DNA of 64,000 nt. It comes from Felis catus (Eukaryota). Below are positions 13,625 to 26,860 of the stretch, piece by piece (position 1 is the stretch's first letter; each line of letters begins with the position of its first letter). The position numbers were made by a program, and so were the translations under genes. The notes beneath the pieces are model-generated. The model searched no databases. It was not told the DNA's origin and was given only the letters and a program-made list of their open reading frames with translations. The DNA lies in the NCBI RefSeq assembly GCF_018350175.1, contig NC_058368.1, positions 68,512,001-68,576,000 of the forward strand. The letters run 5' to 3'.

Positions 13625-14112
13625 GTCTTTAGACTCTGTTCTCAGGACCACTCTACACTCATGAAAAAAGTGGTGAGGACCTCAAAGAGCTTTGGTTAAT
13701 GTGGATTATATCTATCAATGTGATATTAGATATCAAAGCAAAAAAAAAGTGTTGGGGGCACATGGGTGGCTCGTTCAGTTAAGCATCTGACTCTTGATCC
13801 CACTGTTCGTGGGATTGAGCCCCATGTCAGACTCTGTGCTGACAGTGCAGGGCCTGCTTGTGACTCTCCCCTCTCTCTCTGCTCCCCCCCTGCTGTGTGC
13901 ATGCTCTCTCTCTGTCTCTCTCAAAATAAATAAACTTTAAAATTTTTAAGAATAAGTTTTAAATTTATTTATTAACTTAAAAATGACAATAAACCTATCA
14001 CATATTAACATAAATAATGCATATTTCTGAAAGATAACTGTATTTACCAAAGCAAAAGATATTTGTGAAAAGAGTGGCATTGTTTTATGGTTTTTCAAAC
14101 CTCCTAATGTCT
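13625..14112. mobile_element. hAT-Charlie fragment (Charlie1-like) interrupted by a SINE
   Basis: ctcaggaccactctacactc...gaggacctcaaagagcttt and gaaaagagtggcattgtttta motifs. Confidence 0.6.
13754..13945 (+). mobile_element. CanSINE
   Basis: ggggcacatgggtggctc head; (CT)n; aataaataaa. Confidence 0.9.
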
Positions 14113-14877
14113 AAAATATTAGCTGAAAGAAATGATTAGAAAAGTTCAGGCAGATGCTCAGATAAACTTGGTAAGCAAAATGCCTGAGATCATATGATTG
14201 GACTAAATATAAAACCTATATTTTAAAGTCTTCTACTTTGGTGGGAGTAAGTACAGGAATAGGCCAACTAAACCCATAAAAACCGTGCCTCGTGGGCACT
14301 CCCTCAATCTTTTCTGGTCGAGGAATTCCCTTAGGTTTGATCAAAGTCATAGAATTTTAAATTAAGCTCTACTTAAAAATGACTAATGGGAAGGAAACAC
14401 ACCTTCAGAGAAAGCCCCAACGCTGTGTGATACCAGTCTTATGAAAGTTTCTAAACTGCTGGGCGAGAGCAAATTTTATAGTCATGAGTATGTGGAAAGG
14501 CCTGGAAAATGAAGAGGGAGACGTGGGAATAAGGTAGTGGAGGGAATTAGATGCCGAGTGGATGACACCAGCGTCTGAACTTGCCTTCCGATTGCCCCAA
14601 ACCATTCCTTCCAGGCGACTAGGAATATAAACATTTTTGGCACATTCTATCTAACATGAAGAACATTGTTGAGATCTGCTTCTTTAGAGTTTATTATTTG
14701 AGATACCACTGTACATTTCAAGATACAAAATCGAGATGAGACTGTGTGCAAATAATAGCATTCGTTCTTCTTAACTTGTGCAGGGATCTGTCAACTGGTA
14801 CAGGACACTTGAACTTACAGATTACTACCTTTCATTCACACGACGAGTGCTAATAGACAATAAAGTAATATACAATA

Positions 14878-15101
14878 CCGTAAAACCTTGGATTGTGAGG
14901 AACTTATTCTGCGAGTGTTCCCCAAGACAAGCCAACGTTTCTAATAAATTTTAACTTGATAAACAAGGGATGTCTTGCAAAGCGAGTAGTACGTGATCAC
15001 AACTGAGCCAACGGTTCTTGAAATTCACTTTGATATACAAGTGCTTTGGATTACAAGCATGTTTCCGGAACGAATTATGCTCGCAAACCAAAGTTTCACC
15101 A
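14878..15101. mobile_element. Tigger-type MITE
   Basis: Imperfect 22-bp TIRs ccgtaaaaccttggattgtgag and ctcgcaaaccaaagtttcacca; TA on both flanks. Confidence 0.8.
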
Positions 15102-15134
15102 TAACATCATATGATAACAGACAATATTTATTTA

Positions 15135-15400
15135 TTAGAGAAGCAGTTTGGCCAGCGGTTAAAATCATAGGCCCTGAGACAGATCCCTTGAGTTCAATTC
15201 CATTTCCGCTGTTTATTACTCCCGTGACCTTGGGTGAGTTCCCTAATCTCTCTGCGCTTCAGTTCCATCTATAAATGGGAATAATAATAGTAATTTCTAA
15301 TTTATAGGGTCGTTGGTGAGGATTTGATGAGTTAGTATACGCAAAGCGCTTACAACCAAGCACTCTGAAGAATCGTCATAATCGATACCACCATCATTAT
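15135..15400 (+). mobile_element. MIR SINE
   Basis: Core gtgaccttgggtgagttccctaatctctctgcgcttcagttccatctataaatgggaataataatagta. Confidence 0.8.
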
Positions 15401-17782
15401 TCTGTAGTCTAATGGTTCTTCTTAATTCTGATTTGAAATGTCTCCTCTATTGTACACGCCAAGCCAAGCACACAGTAAAAATTTAAGCAAACAGACTGCC
15501 TTTACAGGAGAAAACGTAATCCTCAAAATTTCTGCTCACTTGAGATGCTTCTGACACCCAAGGGAATTTTAGATGAGGTTCCACTGAATTCTTTGGTCTG
15601 GAAACCGTACCTGTCACTAAAAGATGAGAGTCTCTTCCAAAAGCTCCTCAGCTCTTCTTCCATGTTTCCATCCCGGAAGACAAAAGATAACAGCAGTCTC
15701 CATGTTGAAATATCACCAACATATGCTCTGTTATAGTGTGTTATCTCCTTTGTTGCATTTTTCATCCCCCCTTTTTTCTCTTCTGCCACAAGCTCCGTGG
15801 AACCAAGTAACCCACAGCATAATTTTTTATATTTCTTGGCAACTTCTCCTTTGACTTCCATTTTCTTGCGAGTTTAAAACAAATGATTATCTGTTGGGAT
15901 CAACAAAATTTCCCTCGGCATCTCGTCTCCAGGTATGTCCTCATCTTCCTTATGCATCAATACTTATTAAGAGTTCACTTGTGGCTCAACTGATTTCAGC
16001 AACGTGGAGATATTTGGTGATTCGGCAGAGGCAGAAGAAATGTGGTTGGCAAATGAAGTCATAGCATGACTTAGCAATTCATTTTTATCGCAAAGCAGGA
16101 TTCCAAAGCTGATATGCATTTCTTACATTCCGGAGAGAGACCCATAGACCCAAGATAAACACCACCACCACCACCAACAACAACAACACAAAGGCCATAA
16201 ACCAACCAGATGAAGGATTAGCCAGCTAAATGATCATGACTTTATTTTCCAGTGAGTTCAAGGCACAGATTCCTAAAACAGATGATCCTACTCTCTCCCA
16301 AACAAAATCTCCATTCATTAGACCCCATCTCTTATGGGTCAGGGGTCCCTTGGAAGCTTCTAAGCACAGTGAGTTAAGAAAGTGTTGGCTTTGTAAGCCA
16401 ATAGTGCTGGGATGCTTAATAGCCACTACAGTACTTTTCTTTTGAAAGACCTTTCTGGATGAAAACCACCAATATCTGTGGGCTAATCTAAATTGTAAGG
16501 TAAGTTAGAAATTGTTAGTTGTTTCACATCAGTAGGAAAAGGTGCCCATTTACTAATTTTGTCTATTTAGTTCACGTTCCAAAAGGAGGATCTTATTTTA
16601 TAGAAAGAGACTGTATTTTTAAAATGCATCCTCACTTTGCCTTTCCCAGCTGCATTTGGCTGAGATCGCATTTTAAGCCTTTCATGTTTTCCAATATTGA
16701 GGGTTTTCTCGGAGGCACTTTTATTTCTAATAAGCTTTTCTATGCCCTCTAGTGGATGTTTTGTTTCTGGTGTTTGAGGCAAGGTAATGTGCAATTAGGG
16801 AGCAAAATTTCGCCTGTGGGGGATAAAGGAGAAACTGCTGTGCACTCATTGTAGGATTTGCAGCGGTTTCTGGAGCACCTTCAGAGAACGGGAGATTCTT
16901 GAATTCTAGGCTTCACCTCACCTTCCACAAAGACAGGTTGCAAACTTCCAATGTATCTTTCCAACCTCTTTTCCTGTGCTCCCCAACACAGGGCTGTGTG
17001 AAATTCTGCCTCACTTAGACTACATTTGATAGTTTATTATAAGAACTGGTTATTTCAGTCTGAAAGTTGACAGAGAAGAGCCTATTTCTGTCCTTAAATT
17101 CTGGATCCTGGAGAAGAAGCTTTAAAATTCACTCCTCTGAGAAATGGAAAATGAATTGTGTCCCTTTCTAAGGCCACCGAGGACAGCCACGTGGCGTTTT
17201 GTGGGGCCTTCTTGTTTTCTGGTCCAGTCCACGTGGTTGGAATCACGCTATTCTCAGACTCCGGCTTTCAAAAAGCCAAGGTGATTTGAAAAATACGTTC
17301 TGAGATGTAACAGCTGCAGCCATGTGGTCAGAGGCAGATTTATTTTACTAGAGCCTCCGGGCCCTCATTGCGCCTTCTGTAAATTTCGATCTCTGGTAAT
17401 TATTGGAAATGACACCAACTCTTCTTAATTAACCCCTCTGACATAAACAGAAGGTGTGCTTCCTCCGTGAATTTCCTGCAGAGGGCTGCGCGTTGGGATG
17501 GAGAAGGTTCCATGGCTCGGCTTTCTCATCCCCCTTTCGCCAGTACTGAGACTAAAATGACGAGGTGGATTTGTTCGGGCTGGAATTTCTTATCAGTCTG
17601 AGAAGAAATGCCATCTGCCGCTGATCCAGGGGTGGAAGAAAGGGCCAGTTCTAAACAGGGAGGCAGTACGGGACGTCACAAACGTGTCCAGGGTAACCGA
17701 GGTGTGGCCGTTCTCTTTTCCATAGTTCTTAAACCATATTTTCAAAAGAGTGTTGTTTTAAATGTTTGTACTGTGAGATAGA

Positions 17783-17783
<1 letters not shown>

Positions 17784-17812
<29 letters not shown>
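17784..17812. repeat. (CA)n microsatellite
   Basis: Direct reading. Confidence 0.95.
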
Positions 17813-17817
<5 letters not shown>

Positions 17818-19738
17818 ACTATTGGATAATGAGAAAACAAGAACCCTGGCACCCACTACCCTTACGAGGCAATGTCAGTCTGTTTGATAAATCAGTGTGT
17901 AAATGTTTGTCCCTAACAGCACCGGAAGAGAATTCACTTCTCTCCATCTCCTCACTGATACTTCGCTTTGCCCAACCTTTAAACACTCACCCAACCTGAC
18001 GGGTGCGAGAGGGCAGCTCTTTGCACTTCCATTTTGCATTTCCCTAAATCCCAATGAGTGGAAACAGCTTTCCACATACCTGGTGGCCTTTCGTGCTACT
18101 TCCAGGAAGTCGCTACCTACGTCTTTTTACTTACTGTTCCTACCGAATTATCTTTTTTATTCACTTGGAAGAGTTTTGCGCGTATTCTGGGTATGTAGGG
18201 CCAGCTGTTTCTACAGCAAATATCTTCAGAGACAGCCTCGAAAGACAGTTGAGGCTTGTCGTTTTGCTCTCTTCATGGTGTATTTGGATGACTAGAAGCT
18301 CTTAATTTTTTACATAGTTGAATTTATCAATATATTTACAGTTTGTAACTTTTCGTGGCTTGTGTAAAAATCCTTTCTTTTTCGGGTGTTTAAACACAGT
18401 CTCCTTTACCTTCTAAAGTGTTACCGTATTATCTTTGATACTTGTGCAAAGAAAGCTCACAGCCTGGCAGCTCCTCCTAACTCATGCCCCTCCCCCCTTT
18501 CCGAGGGTAGCTACCGTGGGAAAGCGTCTGCTCAGTCGGCAATTAGTTGACCCACCTTTGCATGGAGATGGGGCCACATGACCCGCTCTTGACCATGGAA
18601 TATGCATAGAAGTGATATGGCACTGTTGCAAGAAGTGCATGCCTTCTCTCTTTCCTTATCTACTCAGATGCAGGGACTCTGGGATCCTGGGACTTGGTGA
18701 GGCCACAGATAGAAGGCACAGAAACGCTTGAATCCCTGCACGTAGGTAAATAGCCTGCCAGCCAGGAACACCTATGTTGGGCAGTCACTTGTGCAAGAAA
18801 AGGACCTCTGTTGCGTGAATCACTATATTTGGGGACTATTTTGTTTCATCAGCTAACATTTATTACCCTAACCAGTAGGGAAATTGCTATCTTGAAGTGG
18901 GAATCCCCCCTGCCTCTTAATAAACTGTAAAATTTGTAGCATTGAGGTAATAGGTGGGTGGCAGGCAGCAAGGAAAACAATAAAACCAGACTGAAATAGG
19001 GAGAGCTCTATTCCCTGGTAGCATAAAATGTGGCCTGCTGTAATCTTGAAAGCATATCTGATGCCTAGTAAATGTGTGGATTTGCAAGCAGTAATTGGAA
19101 GGAGCTAGAAATGTTGGTGTGTTGGTTTCTTCTTATAGTGAAGTGCAAAAGACAAAAAGGTGAGTCCCCACAAGAAGTGGCTGGCTCAAGGGCAGAGATG
19201 AATGGGAATGGAGAGAGTCCAGGAACTTGCATGTTTGAGGATTGGCAAAACTGTATCTATGCTGTAAAGCAGAATTAGAAGCTATAAGGGAAAGGACTTT
19301 GAGCAGCAAAGGTCCCGCAGGGGTTCTCAGTTACACGAAGGGGTTTGGCTCTGTGGCCAAGTTTGCATTAAGGTTCTTTCTTTCCACTTTGAGGTTACTT
19401 TGTAACATGGCCTCGAGATACCTGTCATTGCATTTGAGAGAGTCAACCATGGGGGGGTGTGGAGCAGAAAGTAAAGATACACATCAAAGAATTCTATCCA
19501 GGGAAGAACTAATGTGGTTATTCATACATGGGATTTACTGGAAGCAAATAGATGAGGAATCTAGGAAGTATCTGTGGGAATATCTTGCTAAATAAACTGA
19601 AGCCTGGTTTTAAAAAGCCTGCAACTATAAAACAGCTCTCACGCCTCCAAACTTGCCCCAGTAGGAAGCTGGCAGTGAACATGAAGCATCCTCAAGGAGT
19701 ACGTATTCCTCCAGCCCATTTCGGATGGGGCCTTAGGA

Positions 19739-19917
19739 CTGTGGTTCTCCCAAAGTGTGGTCCCCAAACCAACAGTTTCATTGTCACCCAGGAATCTGTT
19801 AGAAATGTAAATTATCCCGACTCACCGAATCAGAGGTTCTAAGAATGGTGCCTAGCAATTTGTATTGTAACAAGCCCTCCGGGGAATTCTGATGCTTGCT
19901 AAATCTTAAAACTCCTG
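19739..19917. mobile_element. MER5A-like hAT MITE nested in the MaLR internal region
   Basis: ctgtggttctcccaaagtgtggtcccc start; aacaagccctcc; TSD-like ccttagga / ccttagag. Confidence 0.75.
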
Positions 19918-20283
19918 CCTTAGAGGAGAAAGAATCAGGAAAAATCTCCCAGAGGATGGGGAACAGTGAAAAGGAAGTTTCTTCTAGAGAACAGAATTGA
20001 GTCTAATCCGGAACATCACAGCCAGGGAAGAGGGTTTTCACAGTGTCTACATGGCAGGGGTTCAACATTTCCATGACTATTGTCTTCTTCCGTTTCTTTT
20101 CTCTGGAGGAGCTTTTACATTGATATTATCTTTACTTTGTTCTGTATTGAGGTGGGGATGGTTAGCAGAAAACCAGTCTTTTAATTCCTAAATAGCCAGA
20201 TAATGAGGCTCTTACAACCAAACCATTTGGAGAGAACTGTGATCGGTTATTGCTGATGGAATGTGAGAAAGGTGAGAAGATTC

Positions 20284-20527
20284 GGGGGGCACGCGGGTGG
20301 CAGTGGGGTGGCAGTTGGTTAAGCATCGGACTCTCAATTTGGGCTCAGGTCATGAGCCTACATTTTGTGGGACTGAGCAGGCTCTCAGCACAGAGCCTGC
20401 TTGGGATTCTCTCTCTCCCTCTCTCTGTCCCTCCACCCGTTCACACACACACTCTTTCTTTCTCTCTCTCTCTTTCTCTCTCTCTCTCCCTCCCTCCCTC
20501 AAAATAAATAAATAAACATTAAAAAAG
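20284..20527 (+). mobile_element. CanSINE
   Basis: Diverged head; long (CT)n; TSD agaagattc. Confidence 0.9.
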
Positions 20528-20689
20528 AAGAAGATTCTGAGGCCCTAGGCAGTGGAGGCCTCAGGAGGTGAAAAGTCTTTCGGTCCATGAATCACTGCAT
20601 GGACAAAAGCTGCCTTCTGACCAGGAACATCTACACTGATTTCTTTAATGAGTATCAAACTTGTATTGTCTTAAGACAAGTTCTAGTTC

Positions 20690-20966
20690 TATTTCCTTCA
20701 TGGTTATAATCTGTTGCATTTTTCATTTTTTCACAAGTTCGTAACTTGTTTTTATGTCTTAGATGTGTCTCTTTAAAAGGCCATACGTTATATTAAATTA
20801 AAGGGTCGTCTGAAAGCCTTGCTCTTTTTAACTGGGATATTTAGTCTTTTCACATTTAGTGTGATTGCTGACATATTTGTGTTTGTTTTTCCATCTCATT
20901 GTATGGCTTCTGTTTGTCCCACTTTTCTGTTTCTTTTTCCCTCTTCTTTCTTGATTTCATTTAAAT

Positions 20967-20997
<31 letters not shown>

Positions 20998-22400
20998 CTG
21001 GCTGGTTGACTGACTTATCTTTTATACCTGCCATGTGACAGAATTGGATTCATCACAATCCTTGGCCTACGACAGATTCTCATCACCGTTCTATGCAAAG
21101 CCTTCCTTTGTATGATCCATTTGTTTGCATGCTAAGTACTACGATAAACACGTGTGACCTAATTGTGCGACTTTTTTTGCTTTCCCCCCCATTCTCTTTT
21201 CCATCTCCTTCTGAAAATCTGCTCATGTATATGTGAAGCCTCCTCAGTCTTCAATCCAGGGCCCTTTTAAACTTCATTTTCTGGTTTCTTTGGGTTTCTT
21301 TGGTATCATTCCAGATAGCTTCTTTCTTATCTCATTTCCAACTCCTTAATGGTCTTTTTTGCTGTATCTAATCCCCTGTTTTACCAATCCATTAATATTT
21401 TTTTATAGCGACTTACATTTGTTATTTCCGGAAGTCTTGTTTTCCTAAATTTGCTTAATCATTTTATAGTCTTATCTTTATCAGTCCACTTCTTAGAACT
21501 TTCTTAATTTTTTGAACAAAATAAACATTCCATTTTATAATCCATGCCTAATATTTCTCACGTAGGATAGTCTGACACTCTGATTCTTCTATCCTCCAAC
21601 TCTGATGTACTTCACCCATTGTGCCTTTTGGTTGGCATTTCGCGTGCTTTCTTTTTAAATGTGTTTCTCATTTCCTTGGAAACTATACCACCAGGAATTC
21701 TTGGAGACCTAGGTGAAAGCTGTGTCCCCTCAGAGAGGTTTTGCATATGCTCTGCCAGTTGCCTGGTGGTACTACCCATCTGGAAATCACTTTAAATGCA
21801 ATTCTCCGCTTGAACTTCAATTTAAACATGCAGATAACAACAAATGTACATGAGGGCTTGATGCTGACTATGATTTCTCAGGGGCAGATTCATTGTCCTT
21901 CTGCCCGGTGTCAAAGTAAATACAGGCTATTTCACATGCTGCTTCCTTCGGCTTTGTGTCCTTATTTATCATTCTTCCTAACATGGAGAATGGAGCCCAT
22001 TAACACGCTGGTTTTCGCGAGATCTCCTATTAGAATCCTTACTTTTTCAAGTTTCCTACATTATGTCCTGTCTCTTATAATTAGGATGACCATGTACCAC
22101 TCAAGATACTTTTAAGAATAAGAGTAGGTGCTATTAATAATTACACCAAGGCAACAGGCATTAACCAGGATATACGATCACCCTACTTATCCAAACACAG
22201 ATATCAAAACTTAGGCTCAAAAGCACCAGGTACTGTTTGGAAAATTGCTGTTTTTGTTGCTTGCTGACCTCTAGTTCCCTAGCTATATATTGTATTTTGT
22301 CCTTTGTGGATTTTTTAGTTTCTTACCAGCTCAGTGAGCATTTTTATAGGTGCTTACGACAATACTTCGTTTAGCCATTTTTGTCGTTTCCAATTGGAAG
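20690..22400 (-). mobile_element. Highly degraded L1ME-type fragments
   Basis: T-rich antisense L1 motifs such as tttttaactgggatatttagtcttttcacatttagtgtgattgctgacatatttg. Confidence 0.45.
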
Positions 22401-25204
22401 GTTGCGCAGTAGATTTAATTGAGCATGTTACTAAAAACAAGTCTTTCCCCTCTTCTTCAAAGGCAATACAAAGACTCAGTTTAAGCATGAATTTTCCATA
22501 TCCAGAAATTGGTCAAATAAGAAGTGGGATTATAAGTAGACATTTCTTATTCTCAGAGAGGCTCCTTTGTGTTTTTGTTCCATATATCATACCTTCTAGC
22601 ACATTGCTAGGAGCTGGAAACACAAGTAAATGTGACTGTGTGTTGGAGGAATTAAAATCTCACCAGAGACAAAAAGAATGCATGGACACGGAAGACTGGT
22701 AATCCAAATCCTGTGTAATAAAGTGCTCAAAATGCCTCATGAATAGAAAGAGAGGTGGGAAGCTTGTTTTCCTAGGCTGGATGGTTGGAGAAAAGTTCTC
22801 AAAAACTAAACTTCAGCAGTGCTTTTGTGGATGGCTAAAAATTGAATAGAGGCCTTAACATTGGCTGTGTTTTAATTCTTTAGTATGAATAACATCTTGG
22901 TTTGGAGAAGGGGGAAGCACTATTAGTTAAAATGGACTATGTGAATCAGAAAATGTTTTGCAAGAAGGTACTTTGCTTTTGATCCAGAGAGCATCATTTG
23001 TGATGCACATGTAGATTTTTTTTTTTTTTTGGCTTTCATGGTGTACGATTCAGATATTTATAGTGTTGCCTCTGATAATGAAATAATACTAAGTATTAAC
23101 TGTGGTATTGATTGTCTCTTATGTGGATTTAAACAGATAAATAGGGCATTTAACCATATACAATTAGCACCGTAGGATATTTCTGTGGCTTTGCCATTTA
23201 GAACACCCTTCAGAGTTATCAGTGAGAGAGATTTAGATAATTATATATGTTCCTGAAATAATCCCTTTGGATTAAGCTCCTTAGAACATAACTAGGGTAA
23301 TAATAAACTAAAATGCAAAATGAACTGGATAAACATTTCGCTGAGATTTGGTAAGTAAATGCAGAGTAGCATAAATAATCACCCTAAAAGGTACATATCA
23401 ATCATACAGCTAGTTTGCACGATTGTCTATCTTTGGAAGCAGACTTGCTTATTTACTCAGGTTTCTGTCTCAGGGTGTAGCACAGAACTTTGCACATGGT
23501 ATAGAGGTTTAGAAGATGCTGGTGTTAGTTAACCTGATTGCATTTAAAACTGATATCGAGTCCTAAACATGAAGGCATTCCTCCGTTCTATAAATCCCTT
23601 TACTTAACCAGCAGCAATATAAATAAAGACTAAAAAAGATTTTATGCACGTATGTTTTATTTTTCTGTTAATGTTCCTGCAAGGTCTTGTGACTAACCCC
23701 CCAAAAATCATTTAGAAGCATTAAGGTAGTGTCAGCGAGCATTTCTAGAAAGAAAAACAATGTTCAGGCTATGAGCATATTTTCAAATCACAGGAAAAAA
23801 AATGATATGCTACTATATAATCACGTAACATATACTCTTATTTCATATGTGATCACAGAGGTAAAATAAGAAGGAAATAGGGCAACTTCAAGGAACTCAG
23901 TGGTTTAGGTACACTTAAAGACATCCCACTTTCCTAAAACCTCACAGAGGCACTCAAGGTTACAAAAATCAGAGAATGCTTTACCTGCACTGAAATCAGG
24001 AAATAACTCTGGCATCATACTACCAGCCTCGGAGACTTTCTTCTAGTTATGAAACATTTAGAATAAATTGAAAGAAGATGCCAGGAGAACTCTCGGCTCC
24101 CCAGTGCAGAGCACATGCCAAGACGTGGGCAGGTAGCAGAGGGCATGTGGAATAACCCCACTAACCTCCCCCTGCTCAGTAGCCAAGAGTTCTTTGTTGT
24201 CTTTTGAACAGTCATTCTTTTAGAACCTCCTGGTCTGTTTCAAAGATGTCTCTGAGAGTATTAATTTATAGGGGTTTTTTTGAAATTTTCTTATGCTCCC
24301 TACGGTGTTTCTGTTTCCCTGAGTGCTTTTTCCCTGTGTGTTCATTTTGGAGTCTCTGATCCCTACTCCAGGCTTTCATCGGTCGCCTTGTTATTTGTGG
24401 CTGACCGCTCATTCTGAAGAGGAAGGCGCTGAGAAGCAGGGTTGACGAGGGGGTCAACTCGTAGGCAGCCCCGTGGGTGAGCAGGCTGAGCCATTCCCCA
24501 GCTGTTAGCATCGAGTATTTTCTCTCCTTTTATGTAAGTCAGGAGAGTGTAGTAGTTCTGCACACAGGCTCTGAAGTCAGATCACCTGGGTGCATGAAGA
24601 AAGCCGTTCTTCCACATCAGGAATTTGTATCGGTTATTGCTGTATTTTCATTTCCATAGAGAAGAACGCACCAATCTTCTGCTAGGAAGTGCAAGCACGA
24701 GTTGCCCTTGGTAGCAGAGCCACGTCTTTTTATCCAGTACTTGGCACCTCGCTTTTCTGCTGCCTTCGGTTTTGTCTATTGTCCCCAAGAAACTTCCTGC
24801 TTCAACCTCCCCAGAATGAAGAGCCTTGAATTCTGGTGTGGGAAAGGGACAGTCGTCGGTTTGCACAGGAGAAGGGAGAGTCTCTGGAGATGCCGTTGTT
24901 TCTTATTCAGGCTTTAAACCAAACGTCCTGTTGTCAGTCCCATTTACAACCGTCCCCGAGAGGGAGCTAGTGGTAGTTGTAACTCCTAAGCATTTTGCAG
25001 TTAACCGGAGTACGTCAGCCTGCCTACAGATTCCCTGCATTACCATCTCTGTTTTGGTCTGGCTTCACCACTCAACCACGGGCTCTCAGCTTCCATACCT
25101 TCCAATATCTTTATACTTATGCTCCTGTCATTGCTCTAGTGTCACTTGAGGAGAGGAGGAGACTCACCTCCATGTTTAAATTAAAATCTCCCACATTTTA
25201 ACTA

Positions 25205-25420
25205 TTTTTTAATGTTTATTTGTACTTGACAGAGAGAGAGACAGACAGACAGAGCATGAGGGGGGAAGGGCAGAGAGAGAGAGAGAGAGGGAGACACAGA
25301 ATCCGAAGCAGACTCTAGGCTGTCAGCACAGAGCCGAGGCGGGGCTCGAACTCACGGACTGCGAGATCATGACCTGAGCCGAAGTCGGACGCTCAACTGA
25401 CTGAGCCACCCAGGAGCCCC
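25205..25420 (-). mobile_element. CanSINE
   Basis: Reverse copy; TSD taaaatctccca. Confidence 0.95.
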
Positions 25421-26476
25421 TAAAATCTCCCATGTTTTGTGGAAAGCATTAATGAGAAAGGCAGGAATCCTCCACACGGATACCGCTCCCCCACCTGGTA
25501 CACGGTACAGTAGAACGTCAGGGAGAGGCTCTCCCGCTGTTAGCAACACTAGGACCGGGAGAAACATAGGATCCAATGTTTTCAGGCTGGGACTATAGAC
25601 GAGGTAATGCTATAAGCCCCACGGTCACCCGGGCTCTCTGTCCGGAAATAATTTCCTGGCTGTGTGCAGAAATCTGAAGTCTAAGCAGAAGGCAGCAGTC
25701 CTGTGGTCCCGTTGATCTAAGGAGACAGAGGCCAGAGCTTGGCATTGTTGAATCATTTGAAATATTTGGAGCAGAGCACCAAGGACAAAGAAATCATGGG
25801 GAGCTTAGGGGCAGAAATATATGCAGATTTCCTGTGATTCTTGGGTCAAGGGCGATGTTTGCAAGGAGAGACTACTTGATATTCACCAGTAAGATGCTGT
25901 TATGGCATCAGAGACACCAGTGGTCAAGCAGTGCGAGGGCGTCTGGCCCAACCAGGGAAGAAAAATCTCACTAACACTCCATTAACGCATCTTGCTGAGA
26001 CGGCAGAAAGCTGTGTCTTAGCTGTAAAGACCATGCCCCAGAGTAAGGTCTATTCTAGACATGCTTTGACAAAAAAAAGCCTAAAGCCAAGTCTGGACAA
26101 GACCAAAGGAGAAACAGAGTTTGGCATTTGGGTCCTGCTGTGTTAGAAGGGTATGGAAAACATCGTGGACTTTTCACAAATCTGTTCTTTAAAAATTTGT
26201 AGAACCGAGTCAACATAATTTTAAAGTGATTAGCAAGTAAATGCTGTGTCTGCTAGAGAAAAGTCACCAATCTTCAGAGGACAATAATAGAATCTAGAAT
26301 CTCTACAATGATGTACTCACAGTATCCCGTATTCAGTAAAAAATGATTACACATGAAAAACAGAAAGATGTGTCTCACAGCCAAGAAAAAAAAAAAAAAG
26401 CAATCAGAAACCAGCCTCAAGGTCACTTTACATTGTTATTATTGTTACTTGAGTCAGTTGCTCTTTAAGAAACCAC

Positions 26477-26860
26477 TGTGGTCAGCTGTGTAACAGCCTT
26501 CCAAAAATGTCCTTGTCCTAATCCCAGGAACCTGTAAATATCCTACATTACACAGGAAAAGGGATTTGAGGGTGTGATTCAATTATGGATTTTGAGATGA
26601 AGAGATTATCCTGAGTTACCCAGGTGGGCCCAAGGGAACTGCAAGAGATACAATAAAAAGAAGTAGGAGAATCAGAAGTAGGAGAAGAAGGAGATAGTCA
26701 CCTAGAAGCACAAATCAGAGAGAATTGAAGATGTTGGCTTTGAAGATGGAAGGAGCAGCCATCAGCCAAGGAATGAGGTGGCTTCTAGAACCTGGAAAAC
26801 GCCAGGAAATGGCTTCCTTCTGGAGCCACCAGAAGTAAGGCAAGACAGCCAGTCCTGCTA
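26477..26860 (+). mobile_element. MLT1D-like MaLR LTR, 3' truncated, within degraded sense L1
   Basis: gtcctaatcccaggaacctgtaaatat, gagattatcctgagttacccaggtgggcccaa, ggctttgaagatgga. Confidence 0.75.

Larger units (their letters stand above)
18444..20680 (+). mobile_element. Old MaLR (MLT1I/J-like) element: 5' LTR, internal region, partial 3' LTR
   Basis: LTR-like 18444-18877 followed by internal start gaaattgctatcttgaagtggga; LTR motifs (gaatc.ctgca, ccaggaaca.cta) recur at about 20530-20680. Confidence 0.55.
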
